Source: Cladosporium halotolerans
Taxonomy: Eukaryota
DNA length: 64,000 bases
Assembly: GCF_011745625.1 (NCBI RefSeq)
Contig: NW_027191486.1
Coordinates: 1 to 64,000 of the forward strand
Direction: 5' to 3'
The first letter of the stretch is position 1; every line of letters begins with the position of its first letter. Below the pieces are notes generated by a model. The model was not told the DNA's origin. It ran no database searches and saw only the letters and a program-made list of their open reading frames with translations. The translations under genes were made by a program, and so were the position numbers. This document shows positions 48,586-62,700 of this stretch, piece by piece.

Positions 48586-48704
48586 TTCTTCACTGTAGTC
48601 GCAGATGGCGCGCGCAAGGTCACTTGCCAGCAGTCAATAAGAATGTAGCTTCTCAGGCGAGCAATAATCTGCGCCAAAAACTATTCTATTGCATCTTTAT
48701 CAGT

Positions 48705-50498
48705 CTACTTGTAATATTCATGGACATGGTGCTTGCTCTTCCACCTCATGAAGTAGCACGCAAATGGGAAGAGAGCAGTATTGACCGCTCCCCAGGCAAT
48801 CAAGACGCCGAAGTCTAGTCCAATACGCGAGTGAAGATCGAACAGAATCTGTCGGCTTCCTTCGACGACGTAATGCAAAGGCCACGCATAGCCCCATTGG
48901 AAGAAACCTGGCTCTATAAAGGAGTCAGCAATGGGAAGATGAAAACGAATACCAATGGTACTTACCAAGTCCAACATCGTAGAAAGATGTCGAGACGTTC
49001 GTGATGACCCAGAAGATTAGCCATAATCCAGTCCTGTAATGCGATCAGTCTCTGTAGTGATGGCATGTCATGTTTCTGTTGATACCATGGCTGTCCAATT
49101 ATCATCGCGACATTCTCACAAGCAAGGCCGAGCGCGATCATGCCTGAGAAACCACAAGTTAGTACGCCACGAGTTCGGCAAGCATCGATCGAGTCATACC
49201 GAAGAAGTTGAGCATCCAGTAAACCGGGAATGCACCGTGGCCGTAAGCATTTGCGTTTTTGTAACCGTCGACAATTGGTGTCACCTGTGTCGGGTCGCCT
49301 GTATGTGGGACTCCACCGTAGAAGTTGATCTGAAACGCGAGGGAGATCAACGAGTATGCAAGCGATAGCATAAAATAGGCGGAAATAGTGGCGCACCACC
49401 TCCAGAGTACAAGTTGCCAAAATTTAAGAGGCGGGTGGCCCTCCGGCTTGAGATACTTGAAAGATGTCAGCCTCGCATTTTGGCTTCATGGCTCTCTGTG
49501 CACGTACCTTGAAGTGAATAGGCAAGTAAAATGAAAACGAGAAGAACGAAACGATGATCAGATAGATCAGACCGATCGATACAGCCGGGGTTGCCACGTA
49601 GGGATAGAAAGGGCGCAAGTTGTACATGCTGAAACCTATGGCTGGACTGACCGCCTGTGGGGCTTGTGACATGCTTTGGAGCAGTGTCTGATTTGACGTG
49701 GCATCTTGTAGTGTCTGCCTTGCCCACACCTGACCAACCGTAGATGTTGCCTGGGTCAACAGCTGCGATATGTGAGGGAAGAGGTAATTGCTCCAATTTG
49801 TCTCATCGCGCGCTTGTAGGTATACCAACTGGCAGGCTCCCATGGGATCGTAGCTTGCGTTGCCATTTTGCACCGCAGAGTAAAGCATCGAAGTGGCATT
49901 TGGGTTGACAATTATCGCAACCCATGCATCCCAATCGTATACAGCCTGGCGTACGAGGAGAGGATCGTAATTGAAATCTGATGGTGGCAGGCTTCTATAC
50001 CCAAGGTTTGGCGTAGGGCTTGCAACCAGCTGCTGAGCAAGCTGAACAATCTGTGGTCCAACAACCGGCTGGATACCAGATGTGTTGAAAGGAGCAGCCT
50101 GCGCGTCGAAATCCACGACGTAGACAATCAGGGTCGAAAGGTTTTCTTCGATGTGTGTAAAAACGCCCCAGTAGAGTGAGAGACAGCCAAGGATGAAAGC
50201 CATTAGAAACCCGGTCGTGATAGTCCATTTCGTGAAGGCTTCTTTTCGTACGTGATGGAGCCTGTGGTCCCAGAACCCGACGCTGTGGAGAATAAGTACG
50301 GCACGGTCGGACTCAAAATGCTGCCATCACCTACGATGCTGGAGGCCCGCCGCCTTGCTTCTCCTGATCAGATCCATTTTGGCTCTCTTCGCCTTTCTGG
50401 GCCTCGCCACTCGTTTCGTCGCTCCCCGCTTCGCGCTGAGCCTGGGTGTCTCCTTCGGCCACCCGCTCTGTTCTCCGATCCTTGAGGTTGGTAGACAT
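48705..50498 (-). CDS. SNG1: SNG1-like (DUF3533) membrane protein; about 5 introns
   Basis: VGFWD, LSLYWG, VVDFD, SIGLIYLII..FFSF, WLIFWVITNVST, FFQWGYAWPL. Exons splice in frame. Confidence 0.85.
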
Positions 50499-51300
50499 CG
50501 GCAGGGTTCACGGTCGATATTTGACGACAATGAGACCAACTGCGAATGGGGCGTGACAGACTCAAAGATCGAAGGAAGAGAAAAGGGTACAACTACCACT
50601 GTGATATGCATACATTTCCGCGGCTCGCGCTCGAGGCGATTCTGGCCTGCCGTTGACGTACCAATAGTCGACTTGCAAGCGCAAGGATTGCCATCGAAAT
50701 GTCGCGATATGACATCTACGATTGGCATCTAGCACAACGTCGACGGCAGTCTTCGTGCCGAACCAGCCGAGACTTATCCCTTGGACCACGGAGGCGGAGC
50801 CATCTCCGTAGAAACAACGACCCAACATGTGCATTAATAATCACTACATCTTGATTCTAAAGGTGATACTCACACTTCCTGTGCATGGGAAATCCTGAAC
50901 GATGACCTCATTACTTTTGCGACGGATCACGGTGTCCTGCTTCATTCTGCCCTTTGTCTGAAGACGTGAATGTCGGAAGATGTGCTGTGCTGAACACTGG
51001 CAAAGTGACCCTGTGTCAGAAATGTATGTTGTTCACAGGTCTCACGGCCATCAAAGGCGTTGTGAGGTATGATGAAGGTGAGCCGCAAGGTTGCGGGAGC
51101 AAAGGGGGGCGGGCCCCAGCTGCGAGACTCGCCAATCAAAAGCCTTGGGACCAACGTTGGCTTGCCCACCACGACAACCACCTCATCCTATCCACGAACA
51201 GAAGCAAGCCTGAAAGCAGAGCACATTGAACACGCAACCAGGCCTGTCATGTAATAAGGTGCATCCACATGAGCAAGGCGCCCCAGGTAGTATTAGAAAT

Positions 51301-52027
51301 ATGAACTCCCGCGTAGCCTCGGCCTCCGACCTCGCCTTCCTAAACGAGCCCTATCACCCAGTATACAGCCCTCTCGCAGCCAAGCCGGTGCTCGTTCATC
51401 AGTAAGTGCTCGTATCTAATGATACATTGGGTTTCGTCCAGGAGATTAAAAGCGGGATACTCACCACCGCTCAGACGCAATACCTACGCCAGACACGTCT
51501 TCACCGAGCGCCCACTTTTCGGCCCTCTGTTGTTTGACAATAACGATTCCGATGCCCGCGATCACTGCGCAGCAGAGCGAAGTACGTCAAATTATGAATG
51601 ACTCTCAGTTTAGCGCAGTGAGCTAACGTAACATCCAGCTTTTCTCTCATGGCTCCGCCTCGCTACGTACATGGCGATAGTCGCAGTCGCAATCCTCATC
51701 TCCTTCCATCTCAAGCAAGAAGCCTCCTCGCTTGAGAAACGGATTGCGCTACCTTTCGGACTAGTCTTCTGGGTGCTTGCTATAGCCTGCTTGGCCGCAG
51801 GACTCAACAATTATGTCAAGACAGTAGCCAGGTATTCTAGACGGCAGGCGCTTGTACAGAGTGGTACAGGCACACAGATTGTAAGTCATTCTTCAACAGC
51901 AGTCTCCACGTACGAGTGTAATGCTGACAAGGACGTCACACAGGTGTTTACAGTAGTAGCGACAGCAATCATCGCAGCGTGTGTGCTCTTCCTCTCAACA
52001 AATGGGAAGGATAGATCATCGAGTTGA
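51301..52027 (+). CDS. DUF202-family small membrane protein; 3 introns
   Basis: DARDHCAAER|TFLSWLRL followed by three TM helices. Confidence 0.85.
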
Positions 52028-52092
52028 AGACGATAGCCATGAACAAGACGTCCATGAAATGTAATGAATTATGTGAGCTTGCCTGCTCCCGT

Positions 52093-54843
52093 TTACTTCT
52101 TCCGGCTAGGCCTGGCGTTCTTCTCTTTTCTCTTCTGCAGATCTCTCCTACCCTTCCGCACATCGTCCACGCTTTTGATCTCCGACTTACCCTTGCCCTC
52201 CGCGAACCTACCACGCCTCTGCTCCTTAGCGGCTTGAACCTTCTTCTTGCGCTCGTGGTAGTCGTCTCTGTATTTGTCTGCTTCCTTAGGTGCCTTGTCT
52301 TGCTTGTGCTTGAATCTCTTGCCATCGCCGTTGTTAGCGAAGTGGTTATTGCCCTTCTCCATCTCACCGACACGCGGAAGGTGGTTGACCTTGTTCGCCT
52401 TCTTCCATGCATCGAAGCGACCGGATCGGAATGAAGCGGCGATCTTCTGTCCGCTCTCGCCAGTGATGTAGCGCTGTCCTTTGCTTCCATCCACATCGTT
52501 GGCGCGAGAGACGTACTTCTTGTTCTTCTTGTCCCAACGCATGCTGTTGATCTTGTTTGCCGTGGCAAATGCCTTGTCTTCGTCGTTTGCAAGGTCCATA
52601 GTTGCGCCAGCTGCGTCTTTAACGAAGTTTCCAGAGTTGACACCTCCAGAGTGCACGCCGTAGCCACGGTCTTCCGCGACATTGATGGTTGTAGGATTGT
52701 ATGACATGAAATGTTCCGAGTCTTGCCATTTGTTGGCTTTCTTGCCTCCAGGCATGCTCTCGGGCTGTGTGAAAGTAAGCTCCAGCTCGCCGTCAGACGC
52801 TTCCTCCATATCAGCACCGGGCCGAGTGAGAACCAGCTCGTCGTCCGAGCCCTCGTCATCTGATTGCGCATCGTTCGCCGTAACGATTTTCTCGGGTGCA
52901 GCATCCAGTTCTTCCGCAGCAGCCTCCTTTGCCTTCTGCTCTTTGATCTTCTCTCTCGCCGCGACTTGGTTACGACGCTTCTGCATCACCTCCGACATCT
53001 CGGTTGCAGCGGCTCCACGCTTGCCGACTTCAAAGACAGTCTCTTGAGGCTTGAAACTGCTGACGCGAGCAAGCATCGCTAGGCGCGCTTGTTCTTCGGC
53101 TGCACCTTCATCCTCCTCGAACAATAGATTGGAGCCCTTGGATGCCTCGGTTGCTGTAAGCGCAAGGTTCTTTGCCCTCTTCACGCTTTCGGCTGACGCT
53201 GGGTTCCTTGTGCGCAGATACTGTTTCTCACCCTTTGCCGCAACATCTCTCATGAGCGCAAGATCGCTGTCGTGTTCAATGGTCTTCGCAGTCTCTTCCA
53301 TGTACCGCTCGAGCTTGTCACGGACCAGCGTGCCTACTACGATTGCATCCTTGAACATGCCATCCTCTGGCTGAGCGCGACCTTGAAGAAGCTTACGGCC
53401 AAGGAAGAGCTGCAAGTCGACGAGATACGGCATGTCGTGCTGGCCGATCAAGCTGTAAGCCCAACCAGACTCACCGGCACGGGCAGTTCTTCCGACCCTG
53501 TGGACGAATACCTTCGGTTGCGGCGGGAAATCATAGTTGATGACGTTGGCAAGCACAGGAATGTCGAGACCACGGGCTGCGACGTCCGTGACGACCAGAA
53601 TGTTCGTCATGCCTGTTCTGAATTCTTGCGTCTGCATCTTGCGAGCCGTCTGATCAAGGGCACCGTAGACAAAAGAGGTTGCGTAGCCGACGTTCTTCAG
53701 GAAGGCGGCCAGATATTCGACGTGGTGTTTTGTCGAAGCGAAGATGACCGTAGAGTGTGGCGTAGGTGTCTGCTTTGCTGAAGGGCCGTCGCGCTTGCGT
53801 TTCTTATTGTCAGTGGTCTTCTTCGCCTGCTTGGCGGCTTCGGTTTCTCCAGTAGGCATCTTGATCACTTCCTCCAAGATGTACAACAGTGATGCTTCTT
53901 TCTCTGCAAGTTTGACTGTGAAGAAGGCACTCTGAAGGCCAGGGGCAATCTTGCTTTCTGCGTCCAATCGGACTAGTTTGGGGTCTTGCAGACCCGCACG
54001 GGCAAACTCAACGAGAGATTTTGGCAACGTGGCGGAGAACAGTAATGTTTGACGAGTTGTCGGGAGAGAGTGCATGATTTCAGTCAATTGCGCGGCGAAA
54101 CCCATTTCGAAAAGACGGTCGGCTTCGTCGAAGACCACATATTTGACGCTGGACAGCTCAAGCCCCATCTCGACCTTCAAGTGCTCAAAACGTCCGGGAG
54201 TAGCGATGATGATGTCCGGGTTCGACGCCATGCTGCTGAATTGCTCTTCCAAACTGTCACCACCAACCAACAGGATACACCTGAGGTCTGTGCCTCTACT
54301 CATCTCTTTCACGACCTTGAGTGTCTGCAGAGCCAACTCTCTTGACGGAGACAAGATGATACCGCGAGCGCCCACCTTTGCAGAATGCGACTTCAATTTC
54401 TCGATCATGGGGATAACGAAGGCAGCAGTCTTTCCAGATCCAGTTCTCGCCATGCCGACAACATCCTGGCCGTCCAAGATCAGAGGAACCGTTTTCCGCT
54501 GAATCGGTGTAGGCACGCTGAAGCCTTTTCGTGTGATCGCCTTGAGAAGGACGGCGTTCAAGCCCATGCTCTGGAATGCGCCGGCCTTCTTCGCCACTTT
54601 GTTCTCGTTCATGCGGTTGGCTTTGACTTGTGTCGCGGCAATAAACGCCTCATCCTCATCATTCTCATCCTCGAAAGCGTCCACTACATCCTCCGTCTTC
54701 CTCTTCTTGTTCTTCGGCCTGCTGTTTGGTGCAGCCTCTTGCTCCCAGTCCTCGGCGTCGCTTCCAAAGGCGTCGTCCTGGAAGAGACTCTTCGAGATAT
54801 CCACCTCGTTCTCCGACAGCGCCGGCGACGCTGCTCTGCCCAT
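52093..54843 (-). CDS. DBP10: DEAD-box RNA helicase Dbp10
   Basis: [23 protein letters not shown], and C-terminal [19 protein letters not shown]. Confidence 0.95.
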   Translation of the reverse strand: MGRAASPALSENEVDISKSLFQDDAFGSDAEDWEQEAAPNSRPKNKKRKTEDVVDAFEDENDEDEAFIAATQVKANRMNENKVAKKAGAFQSMGLNAVLLKAITRKGFSVPTPIQRKTVPLILDGQDVVGMARTGSGKTAAFVIPMIEKLKSHSAKVGARGIILSPSRELALQTLKVVKEMSRGTDLRCILLVGGDSLEEQFSSMASNPDIIIATPGRFEHLKVEMGLELSSVKYVVFDEADRLFEMGFAAQLTEIMHSLPTTRQTLLFSATLPKSLVEFARAGLQDPKLVRLDAESKIAPGLQSAFFTVKLAEKEASLLYILEEVIKMPTGETEAAKQAKKTTDNKKRKRDGPSAKQTPTPHSTVIFASTKHHVEYLAAFLKNVGYATSFVYGALDQTARKMQTQEFRTGMTNILVVTDVAARGLDIPVLANVINYDFPPQPKVFVHRVGRTARAGESGWAYSLIGQHDMPYLVDLQLFLGRKLLQGRAQPEDGMFKDAIVVGTLVRDKLERYMEETAKTIEHDSDLALMRDVAAKGEKQYLRTRNPASAESVKRAKNLALTATEASKGSNLLFEEDEGAAEEQARLAMLARVSSFKPQETVFEVGKRGAAATEMSEVMQKRRNQVAAREKIKEQKAKEAAAEELDAAPEKIVTANDAQSDDEGSDDELVLTRPGADMEEASDGELELTFTQPESMPGGKKANKWQDSEHFMSYNPTTINVAEDRGYGVHSGGVNSGNFVKDAAGATMDLANDEDKAFATANKINSMRWDKKNKKYVSRANDVDGSKGQRYITGESGQKIAASFRSGRFDAWKKANKVNHLPRVGEMEKGNNHFANNGDGKRFKHKQDKAPKEADKYRDDYHERKKKVQAAKEQRRGRFAEGKGKSEIKSVDDVRKGRRDLQKRKEKNARPSRKK

Positions 54844-54997
54844 TTTCGGCGAGTTCTGACAAGTGTAATGTAACAATAGGACCATCGACTTGGATCTTCA
54901 CATCGCATTCGTTCGAGACTTTTTTTGAGCTGGGAAGGTATAGCGAGGGGCTTGCACCGAAAGCCTAATTTGCACGTGTCGGCGCGCGACTTACGAG

Positions 54998-55003
54998 ACG
55001 CGT
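54998..55003. promoter_or_regulatory. MCB element (ACGCGT) in the DBP10/RFA2 divergent promoter
   Basis: ACGCGT flanked by further CGCG cores upstream of RFA2. Confidence 0.5.
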
Positions 55004-55160
55004 CCTGCCCCGCGATTTCACTAACCAGACCATCGGCTGCCTACGACATATAGACATCCGCACGAAAGAAGAGTACCATCACCAGCGACTGACCGAGGAA
55101 ATCGCTGCTCTCTACAAGCGCTTGGTTTCCTAGAGCTAATTGCGCACGCTCATTATCGCC

Positions 55161-56034
55161 ATGGGTATGTCATACAACATTGTTGCAGACGAATTGACAC
55201 TGACCGCTTGCAGATTACAACAATCAGTACAGCACGACTTCCTATGGGCAGTCTGGCGGCATGAACGGCGGCGGTTTCATGCCCGGGAGCCAAGGCGACA
55301 GCCCCAGTGGCAAGAAATCATACGGCAAAGACACCCTCCGCCCCGTCACCATCAAGCAGCTCCTCGACGCCTACCACCCCAATCCCGACGCCGAGCATTT
55401 CATGATCGACGACGCAGAGGCAACGCAGGTCACATTCGTCGGACAAGTCCGCAACATCAGCCAGCAGACAACCAACGTCACATACAAGCTCGACGACGGA
55501 ACTGGTATAATAGAGGTGAAAGTCTGGGTGGATACGGACGCTATGAATGATGAGGGAGAGAGTAAGACGAAGGTCGCGGAGCAGGGATACGCGCGGGTGT
55601 ACGGCAGGCTGAAGGCGTTTGGCAACAAGCGCCACGTCGGCGCCAACGTGATTAGGCCGATTCAGGACCACAACGAGATCCAGTACCACTTGCTGGAGGC
55701 CACTGTGGTGCATCTGCACTTCACACGCGGTGCACCGGAGTCGCTGCAGCAAGGCAAGGGTGGCATGAACGGTGCTGCGAACGGTATGGGTGCACAGCAG
55801 GATGGTGGATACGGAGACCGATCGATGCCTAGCCACATGAGTCCTGCGGCGAGGAAGGTGTTTGCGTGCATCAAGACCACACCGCAGACCAACGAGGGTC
55901 TGCACATGCAGGATATCGCCACCAGAATCAACTTGGATGTCAACGACGTGCTCAAGGCTGGTGATGAGCTGCAGGGTCTGGGCATGATCTATACCACGGT
56001 CGATGACCACACCTGGGCAATTCTGGAGGTGTGA
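55161..56034 (+). CDS. RFA2: Replication protein A 32-kDa subunit; intron 55165-55213
   Basis: GGGFM, LRPVTIKQ, YKLDDGTG, C-terminal IYTTVDD. Confidence 0.94.
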
Positions 56035-57263
56035 GTGGCGTATCGGAGATGACTTTGACGGTACGAGTACGGTCCTGAGAAGGCTTTGGCTAAAGTGTGC
56101 ATGGGGCACATGCCTGTCCGATGCTCAAGCTTTGCGATTGGAGGCTTGAGACTGCTCGGCGTAGAATTTCAGAGCCGCAGACATGCAAGGGATTGAGACC
56201 TGTCACGACGGAAAAGGGCACCTTTGTGTGACCCTCGCGCAACAGGGCTGCTGTATACTATCACGAGATGTTAAAATGACGATTATGCAAATCCAGCGCG
56301 TGAGACGATCTAAATATGGCACCGACAAAGTACGTATCCTCACTCGTACATTTCGCTGCACGCTACTCGGCAGTGGCGCATCAGCTTGCTGCGGCAGCTG
56401 AGGCGTGGCTTATGAGAGATCGCCCTCCCCGAGATTTATTTATTCCGAGTTGTCTCAAAAGTGAACAGAACACTGTGTAGCCAAAAGCGAGGGTTTGACA
56501 ATGCTGTTGTTTGTGTCTCCAGTCCTGAGCCGCCATCGGAGGTGGTGTAGCTCATCCCCTGTATTAGCGTAGACAGATATCTACAAGCGCATCGTTTGTG
56601 AAGTCCAATGCTCCATCGCAATTTTGTGTAGTACATCAGCCGGCCTCAGCCCTTTCGAGAACGGTTGATTTGTTTCTGACCTGAAACACAGGGATGGCTA
56701 CTATCGTCGCCCGCATCAAGTTTGGTGACACCTTTCGCTTAGCCGCGAACACGATAGCACCTCTTCGTTTGAACCCGACAACATTCTCCTGTATCAATAG
56801 AAGCGAGGACATATACAGCGGAAAATACAAGGAAAATTGTTGGAACTTGCTGCAACGCGCTGCCGAGAGTGCTCGTCCAAAGTTCAGCCCTGGCCGCGTC
56901 AGTTAAGTTCGTCTCCACCTCCTCTCACCAAGCGTGCCCCGGCGTCACGGTTTGGCGTGCACGACATGTGGCCTGCCCTCTGCTGACATCGCGAACAGGC
57001 GACTTGACTCGACTGCCCGCATACAACCCTCTCTCTCTCCACCTCTTGCCCGCTAGACCACATCACCACCCACCTCCGCCTCGCCGCTCGCTATTCCTTT
57101 CCACCCGCACGCGACTCCCCACGGCTAGGAGAAAGCCACGTTCCTCGCCCTCCCCTCGCCCTACGCGGCATTGTTGCAAACGCCTATCAACCTCCTGGCT
57201 TCCAAGTGTGGGCGGTGTGTGTGAGAGGACAGCGAAAAGCCTTTGGGCTCAGCTCTAGGACAT

Positions 57264-58890
57264 ATGCTGCCATCATATGCCTCCTCGGCGCACCGCGAGA
57301 AGATGAACCGACATGGCTACGGTGCGGGCGCCAATGGCCATTGTTCTTCGGGGAGGAACTTCAGCATACCAACGGACAAGTACGACAAGTAAGTCTCGTG
57401 ATGCGGCCTCGCGCGAATCCAGCAAACAATGCCATCGGCTTGCTGCAGGCTCCGCCGCGCTCAGGAGGGTTGCTGACAGGAGCCAGATATCAACCGCGAT
57501 CGAGAAATGCCTTCCAACGCCGACGAGGCCTGTTCATACGCCTGAGTGGCGCCATCGCCGCCCTGCTTTTCATTCTCATGATTTTCATCCCTTCAATACG
57601 ACCGGCGGCGATCTTCCCAGCGCTCTCCCTCGGTCTCTTTGGGTCTGACGAGGCCTTCCAACTCGAGACGGTCCGCTACTACGACCTCAGCAACGTAGGT
57701 GGTACAAGCCGCGGCTGGGAACGCGAGGAGCGCATTCTCCTGTGCGCGCCGCTGCGCGATGCCGCACCGCATTTGCCAATGTTCTTCTCCCACCTGCGCA
57801 ACCTCACATACCCGCACCAGCTTATCGATCTCGCCTTCCTCGTTGGCGACAGCAAGGACAACACCCTCACGCTGCTCTCCGACTTGCTCGCAGACCTGCA
57901 GGTGAACCCGGACATCAAGGGAACATTCGGCGAGATCAGTGTGTTGGAGAAGGACTTTGGACAGAAGGTGAACCAGGATGTCGAGAGCAGACACGGCTTC
58001 GCTGCCCAGGCGAGCCGCAGAAAGAGCATGGCGCAGGCGCGCAACTGGCTGCTGAGTGCGGCGCTGAGGCCGACGCACAGCTGGGTATACTGGAGAGACG
58101 TGGACGTGGAGACCGCGCCATTTACCATTTTGGAGGACTTGATGAGGCACAACAAGGATGTTATCGTACCGAGTACGTTCCGAAACTGTGGTCTATGAAT
58201 GCGACTATGACTAACCTGCATGCAGATGTCTGGCGCCCTCTTCCCGACTGGCTTGGTGGTGAGCAGCCGTACGACTTGAACAGCTGGCAGGAGTCCGAAA
58301 CCGCTCTAGCTCTAGCCGATACTCTGGACGAGGATGCTGTCATTGTCGAGGGCTACGCAGAGTACGCTACATGGCGTCCTCACCTTGCCTACCTCCGCGA
58401 CCCTTACGGCGACCCTGACATGGAGATGGAGATCGACGGTGTTGGAGGTGTTAGTATTCTGGCGAAGGCAAAGGTGTTCAGGAGCGGCGTGCACTTCCCT
58501 GCATTCAGCTTCGAGAAGCATGCTGAAACTGAGGGCTTCGGAAAGGTAGGCAACACAACCTGAAAGTTGAGGCTATGGACTCTCTGCTGACGATTTCTAC
58601 AGATGGCCAAGCGCATGAAATTCTCCGTCGTCGGTCTACCCCACTACACCATCTGGCACTTGTACGAACCCTCTGTCGACGACATTCGGCACATGGAAGA
58701 AATGGAGAACGAGCGCAAGCAACGCGAGGCCGAGGAGAAGGCGAAGCAGGAGCGGATGGAGAAGATCCAGAACGACTTCGACGACGGCGCAAGCCAGTGG
58801 GCAAAGGACAAGGAGGAAGTCAAGAACATGCAGAAAAGCTCCGAAGCGAAGCAAGCCGGCGAGGCAGACGAAAAGTCAAGCGATGTGTAA
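57264..58890 (+). CDS. ANP1: Golgi mannan polymerase subunit (GT62); 3 introns
   Basis: TM anchor, PLRDAAPHLPMFF, WRDVDVE, PYDLNSW, HAETEGFGK, WHLYEPS. Confidence 0.9.
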
Positions 58891-59784
58891 GTCCCGAGAG
58901 CATCAATTTCTCACGAGTTTGCGCGGTGTTGCTTTTGTTGCGGGGCGGACGTTGTTGACCTTCGGTTGTGTTTCAAGGGGCAAGGACTTCGCTGACTCCT
59001 TCGCGCTCCAGCAAGAAGACGGAAAGCAGCAAAAAGGAGAGTGACGACAGCAGCAAGGCTGAGTCTCCGTCGAAGGGCGAGAAGGGCAAGCAGGGGGGCA
59101 GCGAGTAAGGAGCATGTTTCATCGTGTGAGCTTTCGGATTTTGGACGGCGTACGACGGCGCAATCCCTTTACCTCTACATCTGGGACGGACTGGATCTTT
59201 GCGGTGTACAAGTGTATTGCATAGCAGAGGCGCGAACAATGAGGCGCTTTACCTCTTCGTTTTTCGAGCTGGGAGAAGCTGGGTGGTGATGGTGGCTGCT
59301 GAGTAGGTTGTATAGACGCGAAAGGCAACCAATATATACATGTGCCTCACTGGTGAAAAACCCTTTCTCTGATATCTTTTGACTTCTTAATGTTATCGAC
59401 GTACTAGTCGATTGAACGAAATCTTATATGTAGAAATCGGACCCTCATGCAGTGTTGACCGAGGACTTTACTTCGTTCGTCCATCGTCGGCTGACGGCAG
59501 ACGTTCGATGTCGGGGACTGCCTTCGCCAGCTTGCGGGCATGGGCAACAGGCCAACTTGCGCCATCATAGACACAAGACGTTGCCTAACGGTAATTCACG
59601 CCACTGTTGCGATATTCCTCGGGGAATTGAGGATGCGCTCTACTGTCTCGTTTGCTTTTTAACGATTGATTGTCGCGCGGCCAGAGCAGGCCGTTACTGT
59701 TGATCCAACCTCGAAACTCCCCCGTACACCTACATATACCCAGCGTCGGCCTCTCTCTGCGCTCCCACGACATCACCAACCACC

Positions 59785-62700
59785 ATGGCCGACATGGACC
59801 CCCTCTCCCCTCGCCGCGCCGGTAACATCACCGTCGCAATCGACCCGGTGTCGCTCGTGGTCACAGAATGCATCACCGTCACCTCGGCGATGCGCAAGCA
59901 CGCCCGCTGGGCTCACAGTTCCATTTCCTCCATTCTGGGCTCCTCGGCGCCCTCGCCGCGCCTCACGCCCTCGGACGCCCGCCGGACAGACCGTAGCACC
60001 TCCACCATCGACGTTACCGACGACAGCGACTCGGCCCTTACCTCAAGATGGGGCCTGCGCGGCCGCAAAGGTCAGAGCATGCAGGACAACCCGCTCATGA
60101 GCGCATTTGCGAAGCTGCGAGTGGATCTGAAGAGCTGCAAGGATATCCGCGAGTTCGACACCCCGAGCCTGCTGCAGCCTTTCCTCCAGGTCATCCGCAG
60201 CAGCAGCACGACGGCGCCGATCACGAGCCTGGCGCTGATCGCCATTACCAAGATGCTCGCGTACGGCGTGGTCAGCCCGGCGAACCCCCACTTTGGCTAC
60301 GGGATGCAGCTGCTCGCGTCGACGGTGACGCACTGCAGGTTCGAGGGGGACAACTCGCCCTCGGACGAGGTGGTGTTCCTGCGGATACTGAAGCTGATGG
60401 AGGACATGATCTGCGGGCCGTCGGGCGAGGTGCTGGGGGACCAAAGCGTGTGCGAGATCGTGGAGTGCGCGCTGAGCATTTGCTGCCATCTGCGGATGAG
60501 CGAGGTCTTGAGGCGGAGCGCGGAAATTAGCATGGTCACGATGTGCCAGACGATCTTTGGGCGGTTGAAGCAGCTGGAAGTTGAGTTTGGGGAAGAGCCT
60601 GGCGCACTGCAAGATACTGTTCTACAAGCGGATATGGACAAGGCGAAGATCGATTCGAATCCCAATGGCAAGGCTGGGGTGGACAGCATGGCGCAATTGC
60701 GGACGGGAAGCCTAGAGGTGCCTTCGGCGGACGGCAGTGCGAGCGCGCGGACGAGCATGGACGTGAATGGTAGCCAATTGGATCTTTCGAAAGCGCCTGA
60801 AGAGGAGGATAAGAATGTCAGACCTTACGGACTGCCTTCGATTGCGGAGCTGTTTCGGGTGCTGGCCGATCTGCTGGATCCGCATGACCGCGCCAGGACG
60901 GATACATTGAGGGTGATGGCACTACGGATCGTTAATGTCGCTCTGGAAGTAGCTGGACCCAGTATCGCGAACCACCCGAGCCTGGCAAGCCTTGCGAAGG
61001 ACACAATGTGCCGAAACCTCTTCCAGCTGGTACGGTCTGAGAACATCGCTATCTTGCACGAATCTTTGCGTGTTGCTGGCACACTGTTGGCGACTTGTCG
61101 AAGCGTCCTGAGGCTCCAGCAGGAACTGTTCCTTTCTTACCTCGTTGCATGCTTACATCCTCGGGTTCCAATTCCTGAAGAGCCTAACATTGATCCGTCG
61201 CTTTACCAGGGTGTTCCTCAGGCCCCAGCTCTCGTCAAGCCTGTCCCCAGTCCAGGCACGTCGAGTGGTCGCTCCACACCAGTGCCCGTCAAGGACCGAC
61301 AGAAGCTTGGTATGGAGGGCGGCTCCCGCAAACCCGACGCAAGAGAAGCCATGGTCGAGTCAGTTGGTGCTCTGGTCCGAATACCTAGCTTCATGGTCGA
61401 GCTTTTCGTCAACTACGACTGCGAGATCGATCGCAGCGATCTCTGCGTCGACATGGTGGGACTGCTGGCCCGCAATGCTTTCCCGGACTCAGCGACATGG
61501 AGTACGACAAACGTGCCGCCTTTATGTTTGGACAGCTTGCTGGGCTACGTGCAATTTGTGGCGGAGCGATTGGACGATGCGCCGGTTACCGCTGGACTTC
61601 CCAGCGTTGAGCTGCTGCAAGATCAGAGACGGCGGAAGAAGGTCATCATCAAGGGTGCTTCCAAGTTCAACGAGAGCGCTAAGGGCGGGATCGCTTATCT
61701 TGCTAGCCAGGGAATCATTGAGGATCCGAACGATGCACGCAGTGTTACCAAGTTCCTCGGGGGAACCACCAGAATTGACAAGAAGGTGCTCGGTGAATTC
61801 ATATCGAAGAAATCCAACGAGGGCATCTTGAATGCATACATGGAGCAGTTCGACTTTACCGATCAGCGCGTCGACGAGGCCTTGCGACAGATCCTGAACA
61901 CATTCCGTTTGCCTGGAGAGTCAGCCTTGATTGAACGCATCGTCACCGTCTTCAGCGAGCAGTACTTCAACTCCGCGAAGCCTGAAGGGATTGCGGATAA
62001 GGACGCCATCTTTGTTCTGACTTACGCGATCATCATGTTGAACACCGATCAATACAACCCCAACGTCAAGACGGCGAATCGGATGAAGCTGCAGGATTTT
62101 GCGAGGAACTTGCGCGGTGTGAACGGCGGCAGCAACTTCGACGACCAGTACCTGGAGGACATCTACAACGCGATCAAAGCACGAGAGATCGTCCTGCCCG
62201 AGGAGCACGACAACAAGCACGCTTTCGAACACGCCTGGAAGGAGCTTTTGATCAAGACACAAACGGCAGAGGACCTTGCCATCTGCGACACCAACATCTA
62301 CGACGCAGAAATGTTCGCAGCCACGTGGAAGCCGATTGTCGCGACGTTGAACTACGTCTTCGTGTCAGCGACCGAAGACGCCGTCTTCCAGCGCGTTATC
62401 GCTGGCTACAACCAGTGCGCGCAGATCGCCGCTCGCTACGGCATCAGCGAGTGCTTGGACACGATCATTGAGTCTTTGAGCAAAATCAGCACTCTGGCTA
62501 CAGAAACTCCAAGCGACACCAGCCTCAACACTGAGGTGCAAGCGGGCGGTAAGAGCATCATGGTATCGAAGTTCGCTGTGGACTTTGGCCGAGATCAGAA
62601 GGCGCAGCTCGCCACGGTGGTGCTGTTCAGGATCATCAATGGGAACGAGAAGGCGATTCGAGATGGTTGGACGCACGTGAGTTTCGCATTGATCGATATG

